Origin: Methylorubrum extorquens
GTDB lineage: Bacteria > Pseudomonadota > Alphaproteobacteria > Rhizobiales > Beijerinckiaceae
Direction: 5' to 3'
Assembly (NCBI GenBank): GCA_900234795.1
Contig: LT962688.1
Location: 870,001-902,000, forward strand
DNA length: 32,000 nucleotides
The position numbers were made by a program, and so were the translations under genes. Positions 20,144 to 28,055 of this stretch are shown piece after piece (positions within the stretch are counted from its first letter, which is position 1; every line of letters begins with the position of its first letter). Below the pieces are notes generated by a model that was not told where the DNA came from, did not search any database, and worked only from the letters and a program-made list of their open reading frames with translations.

Positions 20144-21409
20144 CTACGGGGCCTCGGCGCTGGCGAGCTCGCGCGCTCCGGCGGCACTGGGCGCACGCAC
20201 GCCCATCGCCACCCGCTCAGGGCGCAGAAGCGTGCCGGGGCGGATGCGCTGCAATCCGTTGACGACGATGCGCTCGCCGCCGGAGAGGCCCGCGGTCACG
20301 ACGCGCAGGCCCTCGACCGCCCGGCCGAGGGTGACGGCGCGGAACTCGGCGCGGTCGTCCGCTCCGACCACGAGCACGAACTTCTTGTCCTGATCGGTGC
20401 CGACGGCCCGTTCATCGACGAGGAGCAAGCGCTCGGGCGTGGCCTGACCGAGCCGCATCCGCGCAAACTGACCGGGAATGAGGTGGCCGTCGCCATTGGC
20501 GAAGGTGGCGCGCACCCGAACCGTGCCGCTGCGGGCATCGACCTTGTTATCGATGAACTGCAGATGCCCGCGGGCGCGAACCCCATCCGCCGTCACCATC
20601 TCGACGGGGATGCGGTCGAGCCTGCCGCGCCCGCCTGCGGGGCCGGCGATCGAGGCCAGCGCCTTCACAACAACGGTCTCGTCCGCGTCAAAGCTCGCGT
20701 AGACCGGATCGACCGAGACGAGGGTGGTGAGCACCGCGGCCCCCGCTCCCGTCGCCACGAGGTTGCCCGGCGTGATCTCCCGGCGTCCGACGCGTCCGCC
20801 CACCGCGGCCCGCACCTGGGTATAGCTGAGGTTCAGGCGCGCCGCCTCCAGCGCCGCCTTCGCCGCGTCGAGGCTCGCCTTCGCCTCCTTGAAGGCGTTG
20901 GCGCGCACGTCGAGGTCGCGCGCCGTGACGATCTGCTGGTCGGAGAGTCTGCGCCCGCGCTCCAGATCGCTCGACGTCAGGGCGACGCGCGCCTCGGCGC
21001 CGGCCACCTGGGCCTCCAGACGCTGGACCTCCGCCGCGTAGGGCGCCGGATCGATGGTCACGAGGAGATCGCCGGCCTCGACAAGCTCGCCTTCCACGAA
21101 GTGCGTGGACTGGATCGCGCCGCCGACGCGGGCCCGCACGTCGATTCGGTCGACGGCTTCGAGCCGGCCCGAAAACGCGTCCCAGAGGACGACGTCCCGC
21201 GGCTCGACGGTGGCGACCGAGGCCGGTGCGGCCTGCTCGGCTTGCGGCGTTGCGGCGACCGCCGCATCCCCCTTGAAGAGCGGTGCCGAGACGAACTGAT
21301 AGGAAGCACCCGCCAGCAAGGCGAGAGCGAGGCCGACCCCGGCGCTGCGCCGGAAGAGAAAATGGCCTAGGAACGTGTCGCGATGGGGGTGCACGGCCGG
21401 CTCCGACAT
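20144..21409 (-). CDS. RND efflux periplasmic adaptor (membrane fusion protein)
   Basis: Has an N-terminal TM anchor, a lipoyl-like motif (GELVEAGDLLVTIDP), a coiled-coil and a beta-barrel region. Starts at ATG 21407-21409. GTG at 21394 is an alternative and has a better RBS (GGAG 6 nt upstream). Confidence 0.9.
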   Translation of the reverse strand: MSEPAVHPHRDTFLGHFLFRRSAGVGLALALLAGASYQFVSAPLFKGDAAVAATPQAEQAAPASVATVEPRDVVLWDAFSGRLEAVDRIDVRARVGGAIQSTHFVEGELVEAGDLLVTIDPAPYAAEVQRLEAQVAGAEARVALTSSDLERGRRLSDQQIVTARDLDVRANAFKEAKASLDAAKAALEAARLNLSYTQVRAAVGGRVGRREITPGNLVATGAGAAVLTTLVSVDPVYASFDADETVVVKALASIAGPAGGRGRLDRIPVEMVTADGVRARGHLQFIDNKVDARSGTVRVRATFANGDGHLIPGQFARMRLGQATPERLLLVDERAVGTDQDKKFVLVVGADDRAEFRAVTLGRAVEGLRVVTAGLSGGERIVVNGLQRIRPGTLLRPERVAMGVRAPSAAGARELASAEAP

Positions 21410-21434
21410 CTGTATCGTGTGATACACATGTCGG
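21403..21434. promoter_or_regulatory. 32-bp near-perfect palindrome, candidate TetR operator of the RND operon
   Basis: CCGACATcTGTATCgt|gtGATACAcATGTCGG. The outer 7-bp and inner 6-bp arms are perfect. It lies in the divergent tetR/adaptor region and overlaps the adaptor's upstream ATG. Confidence 0.5.
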
Positions 21435-21497
21435 CATGGACGCGGCACGTCAAGAGACTTATCTACCACTCGATACAAAAGTTGGAGCTTGCGGACA

Positions 21498-22103
21498 ATG
21501 GCGATGGGGCGGCCCCGGTCGTTCGACACGGACAAGGCCCTTGATGATGCGATGGAGGTGTTCTGGCGCCATGGCTACGACGGCGCGAGCCTCGCGATGT
21601 TGACCAAGGCGATGGGTATCAAGCCGCCGAGCCTCTACGCGGCCTTTGGCAGCAAGGAGGGTCTGCTCAAGGCGGCCCTCGACCGCTATGCCCAGCGCCG
21701 GTCCGAGCACATGCGCTACGTGCTTGCGGGCCCCACCGCGCGCGACGTGGCCGAGCGCTTCCTGTTCAGCATCGTGGAGAGCCACACCGATCCGGCCAAC
21801 CCACCCGGCTGCCTGCTGGTCCAGGGGGGGCTCGCCTGCGGCGAAGGCTCGGAGAACATCCCGTTCGAGTTGGCATCGCGGCGCGCGCTGTCCGAGACGG
21901 AACTGCGCGAGCGTTTCGTTCAGGCTCAGCAGGACGGCGACCTTGCCGAGGCCGCCGATCCCGCGGCACTGGCGCGGTTTCTCTCGACGGTTGCCTCGGG
22001 CATGGGCGTCCTCGCGTCGTCCGGAGCCGATCGGGGGGCCTTACGGGAGGTCGCGCGCGTCTCGCTCAGCGCCTTCCCAGGGCCCGAGAAAGGCAATCAA
22101 TAA
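21498..22103 (+). CDS. TetR/AcrR family transcriptional regulator
   Basis: Starts MAMGRPRSFDTDKALDDAMEVFWRHGYDGASLAMLTKAMGIKPPSLYAAFGSKEGL. ATG at 21498 has GGAG 10 nt upstream. It is divergent from the RND operon. Confidence 0.88.
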   Translation: MAMGRPRSFDTDKALDDAMEVFWRHGYDGASLAMLTKAMGIKPPSLYAAFGSKEGLLKAALDRYAQRRSEHMRYVLAGPTARDVAERFLFSIVESHTDPANPPGCLLVQGGLACGEGSENIPFELASRRALSETELRERFVQAQQDGDLAEAADPAALARFLSTVASGMGVLASSGADRGALREVARVSLSAFPGPEKGNQ

Positions 22104-22877
22104 GTGGAAGGCGTGAGCGTACGCCGCGTGGGTCGAAACCGACTTGCCGGTCCGTTCGGCCTCAAGCTACCAAGCCTCGACCAGGGCACTCAGCTTTTCC
22201 GGCCGTAACGTGGTCGGTGCTGTGCCGTACGGCTGGGCAGCCATCGGCGACGACGAAAAGGTTTGAGGCGCAATAAGGTGTTGGCCGACGTCGAGGGATT
22301 CGCCCTGTGCCGCGGCCTTGCGGATGAGACTTGCCCGCTGCATCACCGCCGTGACAGCCCAGGCGAGTTTTCGACGGTCCGACTTATCGCCAACAACGCC
22401 GCGCTGCTTCAGCGCTGCTTCAGCACGGCATCAGCTTGGTCGGTGCACCCCTCCGCCATGTCTCGCCGAGCACCGACCGCTGGATCTGCCGCCTCCTTGA
22501 TGAGCGTGGCACCCAGGTTCGGTTGAAGCGACCAGCCAGGCGGGCGGCGCGGCCAGAGATGCTCGCCGAGATCAATTCGCCAGAAGGCCTGCTGACTCGG
22601 CTCATCACGATACTGGTCGATCCACCATGCGTAGAGCGGGGCGGCCATCTCGTTTACCTCGCGCGCGCTCAGCAGCTTTGGGCCTGCGCGGAGGTTCGTC
22701 CACCGGAACGAACGCATGGGCATGGAGGTTCTTGGCGCGAACCGGATCCTTCGTGCCAAGGCTGATCTTCTCTTCGCGCTTGCCGAGGCACGCGAGAAGG
22801 TCGGCTGGCACGGCTCGCTGCAGATAGTAGATGCCGGTTTTGGGATGCTTCCAGGGACGCGTCGTCATCAACGACAT
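22084..22877 (-). pseudogene. tyrosine integrase remnant (N-terminal part only, multiply disrupted)
   Basis: MSLMTTRPWKHPKTGIYYLQRAVPADL...GTKDPVRAK continues after a frameshift as ...RWTNLRAGPKLLSAREVNEMAAPLYAWWIDQYRDEPSQ.... It is then broken by an 11-bp tandem duplication (22401-22422) and an in-frame TAG (22167-22169). No catalytic C-terminal domain remains. It is adjacent to the tRNA-Leu 3' end. Confidence 0.7.
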
Positions 22878-22902
22878 TTGTACCACCCGTTTGTACCACC
22901 CG
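22877..22902 (+). repeat. perfect 13-bp tandem direct repeat (tttgtaccacccg x2), candidate integrase arm-type sites
   Basis: Units at 22877-22889 and 22890-22902 overlap the integrase start. They lie 62 nt from the tRNA 3' end, and the motif recurs at 7129-7141. Confidence 0.5.
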
Positions 22903-22963
22903 GGCAGTCCTAAGTCTCTGTTTTCACTGATTGCTTTTGCGGCTCAGCGGCTTAGCCAGCTGA

Positions 22964-23048
22964 TGGTGCCCAGGAAAGGACTCGAACCTTCACCTCTTGC
23001 AAGACTGGTACCTGAAACCAGCGCGTCTACCAATTCCGCCACCTGGGC
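22964..23048 (-). tRNA. tRNA-Leu(CAG)
   Basis: The reverse complement reads GCCCAGGTGGCGGAATTGGTAGACGCGCTGGTTTCAGGTACCAGTCTTGCAAGAGGTGAAGGTTCGAGTCCTTTCCTGGGCACCA. It is 85 nt with a long variable arm, the anticodon loop TTCAGGT, and an encoded CCA. Confidence 0.93.
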
Positions 23049-23078
23049 GCCGGACCGTTGCCGGTCGGCGATGGGGTT

Positions 23079-23107
23079 CGTTTAGGGGGCGGCGGCGAAG
23101 GCGTCAA
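23079..23107 (-). promoter_or_regulatory. candidate sigma70-type promoter for tRNA-Leu
   Basis: The minus strand reads TTGACG-17 nt-TAAACG, ending about 30 nt upstream of the mature tRNA 5' end. Confidence 0.3.
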
Positions 23108-23197
23108 TCGCTGTTTCGCCGCCGCCGGTCAAAAATCCCGAAGCGGGCTTTTCTCGCGGCGCGGAGGCAACACAAACCTGCCGCGCCGGAGCAACGC

Positions 23198-24607
23198 TCA
23201 GCCGCGCCACTCGCGGATGTCGACGAAGCGGCCGGCCACCGCCGCCGCTGCCGCCATCGCCGGGGAGACGAGGTGGGTGCGGCCGCGTGGGCCCTGGCGG
23301 CCCTCGAAGTTGCGGTTCGAGGTCGAGGCACAGCGCTCGCCCGGCCGCAGCTTGTCCGGGTTCATGCCGAGGCACATCGAACAGCCAGGCTCGCGCCAAT
23401 CGAATCCGGCATCCTTCAGGATGCGGTCGATCCCCTCGGCTTCGGCCTGCGCCTTCACGAGGCCGGAGCCCGGCACCACCATCGCCGAGACGCTGTCATG
23501 CACCTTGCGGCCCTCGACCATCTTGGCAACGATCCGCAGATCCTCGATGCGGCCATTGGTGCAGGAGCCGATGAACACCCGGTCGAGGGTGACGTCGGTC
23601 ATCCGGGTTCCCGGCGTCAGGCCCATATAGGCCAGCGCCTTCTCCTTGGACTGGCGCTTGTTCTCATCCGCGATCTGGGCCGGATCGGGCACCGTGCCGA
23701 GGATCGAGACGATGTCCTCAGGGCTCGTGCCCCAAGAGACCAGCGGAGGGAGGTTGGCGGCGTCGAGACGGATCTCGCGATCGAAATGCGCGCCCTCGTC
23801 CGTGGCCAGGCTCTCCCAGTAGCGGCGGGCCGCGTCGAACGCCGCACCCTTCGGCGCCTTCGGGCGGCCGTTGACGTAGGCGTAGGTGGTCTCGTCAGGC
23901 GCGACCATGCCGGCGCGGGCACCGCCCTCGATCGACATGTTGCAGATCGTCATCCGGCCCTCCATCGAGAGGGCGCGGATTGCCTCGCCGGCATACTCGA
24001 TGACGTGGCCGGTGCCGCCGGCGGTGCCGATCTCGCCGATGATGGCGAGCACGATGTCCTTGGCGCTGACGCCCCGCGGCAGGGTGCCGTCGACCGTCAC
24101 CCGCATGTTCTTGGCCTTGCGCTGGATCAGCGTCTGCGTGGCGAGCACGTGCTCGACCTCCGACGTGCCGATGCCGTGGGCCAGCGCGCCGAAGGCGCCG
24201 TGGGTCGAGGTGTGGGAATCGCCGCACACGATCGTTTGGCCCGGCAGGGTGAAGCCCTGCTCCGGCCCGATGATGTGGACGATGCCCTGGCGCTGGTCGA
24301 GGGCATCGTAGAACTCGATGCCGAAGTCGCGCACGTTCTCAGCGAGCGCCTCGAGCTGGGTGCGGCTCTCGGGATCCTCGATACCCTTGGAGCGGTCCGA
24401 GGTCTGAACGTTGTGATCGACGACGGCCAGCGTCTTGTGCGGCGCGCGCACCGTGCGGCCGGCGACGCGAAGCCCCTCGAACGCCTGGGGGCTCGTCACC
24501 TCGTGCACGAGGTGGCGGTCGATGTAGAGGAGGGCGGAGCCATCCGGCTCGACATCGACGACGTGGTCGTCCCAGATCTTGTCGTAGAGGGTGCGCGGCG
24601 CGGTCAT
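23198..24607 (-). CDS. leuC: 3-isopropylmalate dehydratase large subunit
   Basis: Starts [17 protein letters not shown]...[15 protein letters not shown] and contains the aconitase-family Fe-S ligand motifs [14 protein letters not shown] and IGSCTNGR. 469 aa. Confidence 0.95.
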   Translation of the reverse strand: MTAPRTLYDKIWDDHVVDVEPDGSALLYIDRHLVHEVTSPQAFEGLRVAGRTVRAPHKTLAVVDHNVQTSDRSKGIEDPESRTQLEALAENVRDFGIEFYDALDQRQGIVHIIGPEQGFTLPGQTIVCGDSHTSTHGAFGALAHGIGTSEVEHVLATQTLIQRKAKNMRVTVDGTLPRGVSAKDIVLAIIGEIGTAGGTGHVIEYAGEAIRALSMEGRMTICNMSIEGGARAGMVAPDETTYAYVNGRPKAPKGAAFDAARRYWESLATDEGAHFDREIRLDAANLPPLVSWGTSPEDIVSILGTVPDPAQIADENKRQSKEKALAYMGLTPGTRMTDVTLDRVFIGSCTNGRIEDLRIVAKMVEGRKVHDSVSAMVVPGSGLVKAQAEAEGIDRILKDAGFDWREPGCSMCLGMNPDKLRPGERCASTSNRNFEGRQGPRGRTHLVSPAMAAAAAVAGRFVDIREWRG

Positions 24608-24881
24608 GATGCAGCTATTCTGACGGGTTGAAGGCTCCATCGCGGAAAACGCCTCGACCGGGCCGCGGGAAACCATGCGGCCGGATCGTGGGGAGTATCC
24701 GGAAGACCTCTTGTGTAATGCTCCTCGGGCGATTTCGGAAGGGCGGCCGCGCACATGCGGCGCGCATGACACTTTTGCAGCCCGCTCGCCCCACCGGCTG
24801 GACCGGCGCGCGGCGCAGCGATACTCCCGGCCTATCCTTTGTTGACCTCTTCCTTGCCGACCTCTGGGAGGCCGTGAGCCG

Positions 24882-25856
24882 GTGCCACCAGCCGAGACGC
24901 CCGACATCCTCCTGATCCGGCAGACCCGTCCCGACGTGGCCGGGCGGCTCGCCGAGCGCTTCCGCCTGCACCGCTTGGAGGAGGCGCCCGACCGCGAGGC
25001 GTTCCTCGACGCGGTGGGACCGCGCATCCGCGGGCTCGCCGTCGGCGCGATGTGCCCGATCGATGCGAGGCTGTTCGACCGGCTGCCGCAGCTCGAGATC
25101 GTGGCGAGCTTCGGCGTCGGCTACGACACGATCGATGCGGGCGAGGCGCATCGCCGCGGCATCGTCGTCACCCACACGCCGGACGTGCTCTCCGACGAGG
25201 TGGCCGACCTCGCGCTGGGCCTCCTGCTCGCCACCCTCCGCCAGATCCCGCAGGCCGACCGCTATCTGCGCGCCGGACGCTGGCGGGAGGGTAGCTTCCC
25301 GCTCACCACGAGCCTGCGGGAGCGGCGGGTCGGCATCCTCGGGCTCGGTCGGATCGGGCGGGCGATCGCCCAGCGGCTCGAAGGGTTCGGCGTGACAATC
25401 GCCTATCACGGGCGCACGCCGCAGGCCGACGTCGCCTACACCTACCACGACAGCCTGCTCGGGCTGGCGCAGGCGGTCGATACGCTGATCGTGGCCGCAC
25501 CCGGCGGGCCGGGCACGAACGGGATCGTCGATGCCGAGGTGCTGGCGGCGCTCGGGGCTGACGGCATCGTCGTCAACATCGCCCGCGGCAGCGTCATCGA
25601 CGAGGCGGCTTTGATCGCCGCGCTTCAGGCGGGGACGATCCTCGGGGCGGGGCTCGACGTGTTCGCGAACGAGCCGCAGGTGCCGCAGGCGCTGATCGAT
25701 CTCGATCGAACCGTGCTGCTGCCGCATGTCGGCTCGGGCTCGCACTACACCCGTGCGGCGATGGGCCGGCTGCTCACCGACAATCTGTTTTCGTGGTTCG
25801 ACGGCAAGGGGCCGGTGACGCCGGTGCCGGAAACGCCCTGGACGGGCCAGCGATGA
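24882..25856 (+). CDS. D-isomer-specific 2-hydroxyacid dehydrogenase (glyoxylate/hydroxypyruvate reductase-like)
   Basis: Has the NAD motif [16 protein letters not shown], the catalytic region [13 protein letters not shown] and PHVGSGS. GTG start at 24882. Confidence 0.88.
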   Translation: MPPAETPDILLIRQTRPDVAGRLAERFRLHRLEEAPDREAFLDAVGPRIRGLAVGAMCPIDARLFDRLPQLEIVASFGVGYDTIDAGEAHRRGIVVTHTPDVLSDEVADLALGLLLATLRQIPQADRYLRAGRWREGSFPLTTSLRERRVGILGLGRIGRAIAQRLEGFGVTIAYHGRTPQADVAYTYHDSLLGLAQAVDTLIVAAPGGPGTNGIVDAEVLAALGADGIVVNIARGSVIDEAALIAALQAGTILGAGLDVFANEPQVPQALIDLDRTVLLPHVGSGSHYTRAAMGRLLTDNLFSWFDGKGPVTPVPETPWTGQR

Positions 25857-26764
25857 GGGGCCCGACGATGATGCGCATGGCATGGTCACGCGCTTGGGCA
25901 GGCGCTTTGGCCGGAGCGTTGGCCGCCGCCCTGGCGGCCCTGCCGCCGAGCGCGGCCTGGGCGCAGGAGGGTCCACCCGCCGCGGAGCCCGCGCCCGCGG
26001 TCATGCCGGCCGAGGGCGGAAGTGGCGCGCCGGCCGGGCTCGCGACCCTGCCCGAGACCCTGGCAGGAGCAGCGGGCACCTGGGATCTATCCCTGGAGGG
26101 CGGACGGCGGCGCTGCGTGCTGACCCTCGCCATGGAAACCGGCCCGAGCGGGCGCGCGGCGCGCTTTCCCGCCGGCTGCCGCCGGGCCCTGCCGCTCATG
26201 GCCGGGATCGGCGGCTGGCTGTTCACGGGGGAGGGCCTGCGCCTCGTGGACCGGAACCTGCGGCCGGTGCTCGCCTTCGCCAAGAACCCGGACGGGATGA
26301 GCCTCGGGGCCTCCGCCGAGAACGGCGAGCGCTACAACCTCGTGCCGCTGCAGATCGCGGCGATGCTGCCGCCCGCCGCCCCCGGCGCGGCCACCGTCAC
26401 GCCCGCGGCGAATGCGGTGGAGAGCGACGCGCCCGCTTCGGCCGCCGTGCCGGAGAAGCCGGCGGAGGGTCCGGCTCCGGGCCTCTACGCCCTCGACCGC
26501 GCCGAGCAGAAGGATGTCTGCCGCCTCGAATTCACGCTGCCCCCCGAAGCCGGGAAGGACACGGCACCCGTGCGGGTGCTGGCGGATTGCCGCGACAGTG
26601 GGATCACGGTGTTCGATCCGGTGAGCTGGCGCTTCGCCAACGGGCATCTGACGCTGAAGGCGCGGCGCGGCCACGCGGTGAGCCTCGTGGCGATCGGGGA
26701 GGGGCGCTGGCGCCGCGACCCCGAGATCGGCGTGCCCCTCGTGCTACGGAAGGTCGAGCCCTAG
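25853..26764 (+). CDS. secreted protein with two Inh/Omp19-like (protease-inhibitor fold) domains
   Basis: Signal peptide AWSRAWAGALAGALAAALAALPPSAAWA. Two modules of about 90 aa each carry a Cys pair and a W...G.L.L pattern (GTWDLSLEGGRRRCVLTL...AGC...GWLFTGEGLRLVD and CRLEFTL...ADC...SWRFANGHLTLK). The ATG overlaps the upstream stop as ATGA. Confidence 0.55.
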   Translation: MRGPTMMRMAWSRAWAGALAGALAAALAALPPSAAWAQEGPPAAEPAPAVMPAEGGSGAPAGLATLPETLAGAAGTWDLSLEGGRRRCVLTLAMETGPSGRAARFPAGCRRALPLMAGIGGWLFTGEGLRLVDRNLRPVLAFAKNPDGMSLGASAENGERYNLVPLQIAAMLPPAAPGAATVTPAANAVESDAPASAAVPEKPAEGPAPGLYALDRAEQKDVCRLEFTLPPEAGKDTAPVRVLADCRDSGITVFDPVSWRFANGHLTLKARRGHAVSLVAIGEGRWRRDPEIGVPLVLRKVEP

Positions 26765-26790
26765 GGCGCAGCGCGCTGAGCTTTCCGCCT

Positions 26791-26828
26791 CGTCTTTTCC
26801 CGAAAGCCAGCCACCACGGTTCGGGACG
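26791..26828 (+). repeat. REP-like hairpin repeat, copy 2
   Basis: cgtcttttcccgaaagccagccaccacggttcgggacg, in the same orientation and architecture as copies 1 and 3. Confidence 0.6.
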
Positions 26829-26833
26829 ACGCT

Positions 26834-27586
26834 TCAGAACAGCGGCCGCAGGACGAGATGGAGCCCGAGGCCCAGCAGGCCGACGAAGAAGCAGCGGCGG
26901 AACACCCGCTCGCTGACGCGCCCCCGCACCCAGCCGCCGAGCGCCATGCCGAGCAGGGCCGGCACGAGGGCGATGAGGGAGGTGCCCGCGACGCTGAGCG
27001 AGAGGGCGCCGCCACCGGTCAGGGCGATGGCGAGCGCGACGGTGGAGACGGTGAAGGAGAGCCCCAGCGCCTGGATCAGGTCCTCCTTGGTCAGGCCCAG
27101 CGCTCCGAGATAGGGCGCGGAGGGGAACGACGACACGGCGGTGGCCGCCGTCACCAACCCCGTCGCCGCGCCGATGAGCGGCCCGAGCCAGCGTTCCATG
27201 CCCGGCGGAACGTGGAGCCGCAGGGCGGCGAGGCCGATCACGGCGTAGGCGATCAAAGCGAGGCCGAGGAAGACCGTGGCTTCCGCGCCGTAATTCCCAT
27301 GAAGGATCCCCGCCGCAACCAGGGTGCCGACGACGCTCGCCGCCAGCATCGGCCAGAGCCGGCGCAGCAGCGTGCCGAAGCGCGGGCCCGCGGCGAGCTG
27401 CCAGACATTGGTGACGAAGGCGGGCACCACGAGCAGGGCCGCGGCCTGGACCGGCGCCATGACGAGACTGAGCAAGCCCATGGCGACGGGCGGCAGGCCG
27501 AGCCCGACCATACCCTTGACGAAGCCCGCAAGGAGGAAGGCCGACGCCGCCACAGCGAGGGGGAGGGGGTCCATGGAAAACGTCAT
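26834..27586 (-). CDS. sulfite exporter TauE/SafE family membrane protein
   Basis: Multi-TM protein with the motif AGFVKGMVGLGLPPVAMGLL. ATG at 27584-27586; the track ORF begins two codons earlier at a GTG (27592). Confidence 0.8.
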   Translation of the reverse strand: MTFSMDPLPLAVAASAFLLAGFVKGMVGLGLPPVAMGLLSLVMAPVQAAALLVVPAFVTNVWQLAAGPRFGTLLRRLWPMLAASVVGTLVAAGILHGNYGAEATVFLGLALIAYAVIGLAALRLHVPPGMERWLGPLIGAATGLVTAATAVSSFPSAPYLGALGLTKEDLIQALGLSFTVSTVALAIALTGGGALSLSVAGTSLIALVPALLGMALGGWVRGRVSERVFRRCFFVGLLGLGLHLVLRPLF

Positions 27587-27640
27587 GAGCACGTTCTGAT
27601 CGGGGGAAGGGGCAAAAGGGTCAGTAGGGGTCGGTCAGAG

Positions 27641-27889
27641 TCAGTCGTGGAGCCGCATGTCGCGCAGGATCGCCTGCCGCGCGGCTTCCGCCTCGGCCTC
27701 CTTCGTAGAAAGCGGCGCGGCTTCCGGCATGGGCCGGGCGACCGCGACCGGCGGCGCGCCGGTGCAGGCGCGCGGGCCGGGATCGGAACGGGCGATGGCA
27801 ACCAGCGCGGTGAACCCCGCGAGGAGAAGGGCCGCCGTTTCGAGCCGGGCGGCGCCCGAGCGGATCGTTGTCTGTGCGTCGCGTGGCAT
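27641..27889 (-). CDS. hypothetical small membrane-anchored protein (82 aa)
   Basis: Shows strong GC3 bias and one hydrophobic segment (AALLLAGFTALVAIA). I recognise no family. Confidence 0.4.
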   Translation of the reverse strand: MPRDAQTTIRSGAARLETAALLLAGFTALVAIARSDPGPRACTGAPPVAVARPMPEAAPLSTKEAEAEAARQAILRDMRLHD

Positions 27890-28017
27890 AGCCTGAGTTT
27901 CGCAGCGCGAGGGCGTGCGACAATGCGGAAGTGGCCCGTATCAGCCTTCGGCTGAGCCGAAGCCCTTGCCGCGGGATGCGGCCTCGCCGACGAGGCTCTG
28001 GCTTTTCGTCCCTGCAT

Positions 28018-28055
28018 CGTCTTCTTCCGAAAGCCGACGACCACCTTTCGCGACG
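28018..28055 (+). repeat. REP-like hairpin repeat, copy 3
   Basis: cgtcttcttccgaaagccgacgaccacctttcgcgacg, ending 7 nt upstream of the lysR-type start codon. Confidence 0.6.

Larger units (their letters stand above)
7052..22963. mobile_element. degenerate tRNA-Leu(CAG)-associated genomic island (~15.9 kb), integrase inactivated
   Basis: Bounded by the intact tRNA-Leu plus an adjacent integrase remnant on the right, and by a tRNA-3'-like direct repeat plus an orphan terminator on the left. A shared TTTGTACCACC motif lies about 60 nt inside both ends, the junctions are AT-richer, and the cargo is accessory-type. Confidence 0.55.

Noticed and set aside
22997-24631. 544-aa plus-strand ORF opposite leuC that also runs through the tRNA-Leu gene
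   Set aside because: It is antisense to a clearly conserved leuC, begins inside a tRNA gene, and has shadow-ORF composition.
24615-25976. 453-aa minus-strand ORF opposite the 2-hydroxyacid dehydrogenase
   Set aside because: It is antisense to a gene with clear NAD-binding and catalytic motifs and contains no motifs of its own.
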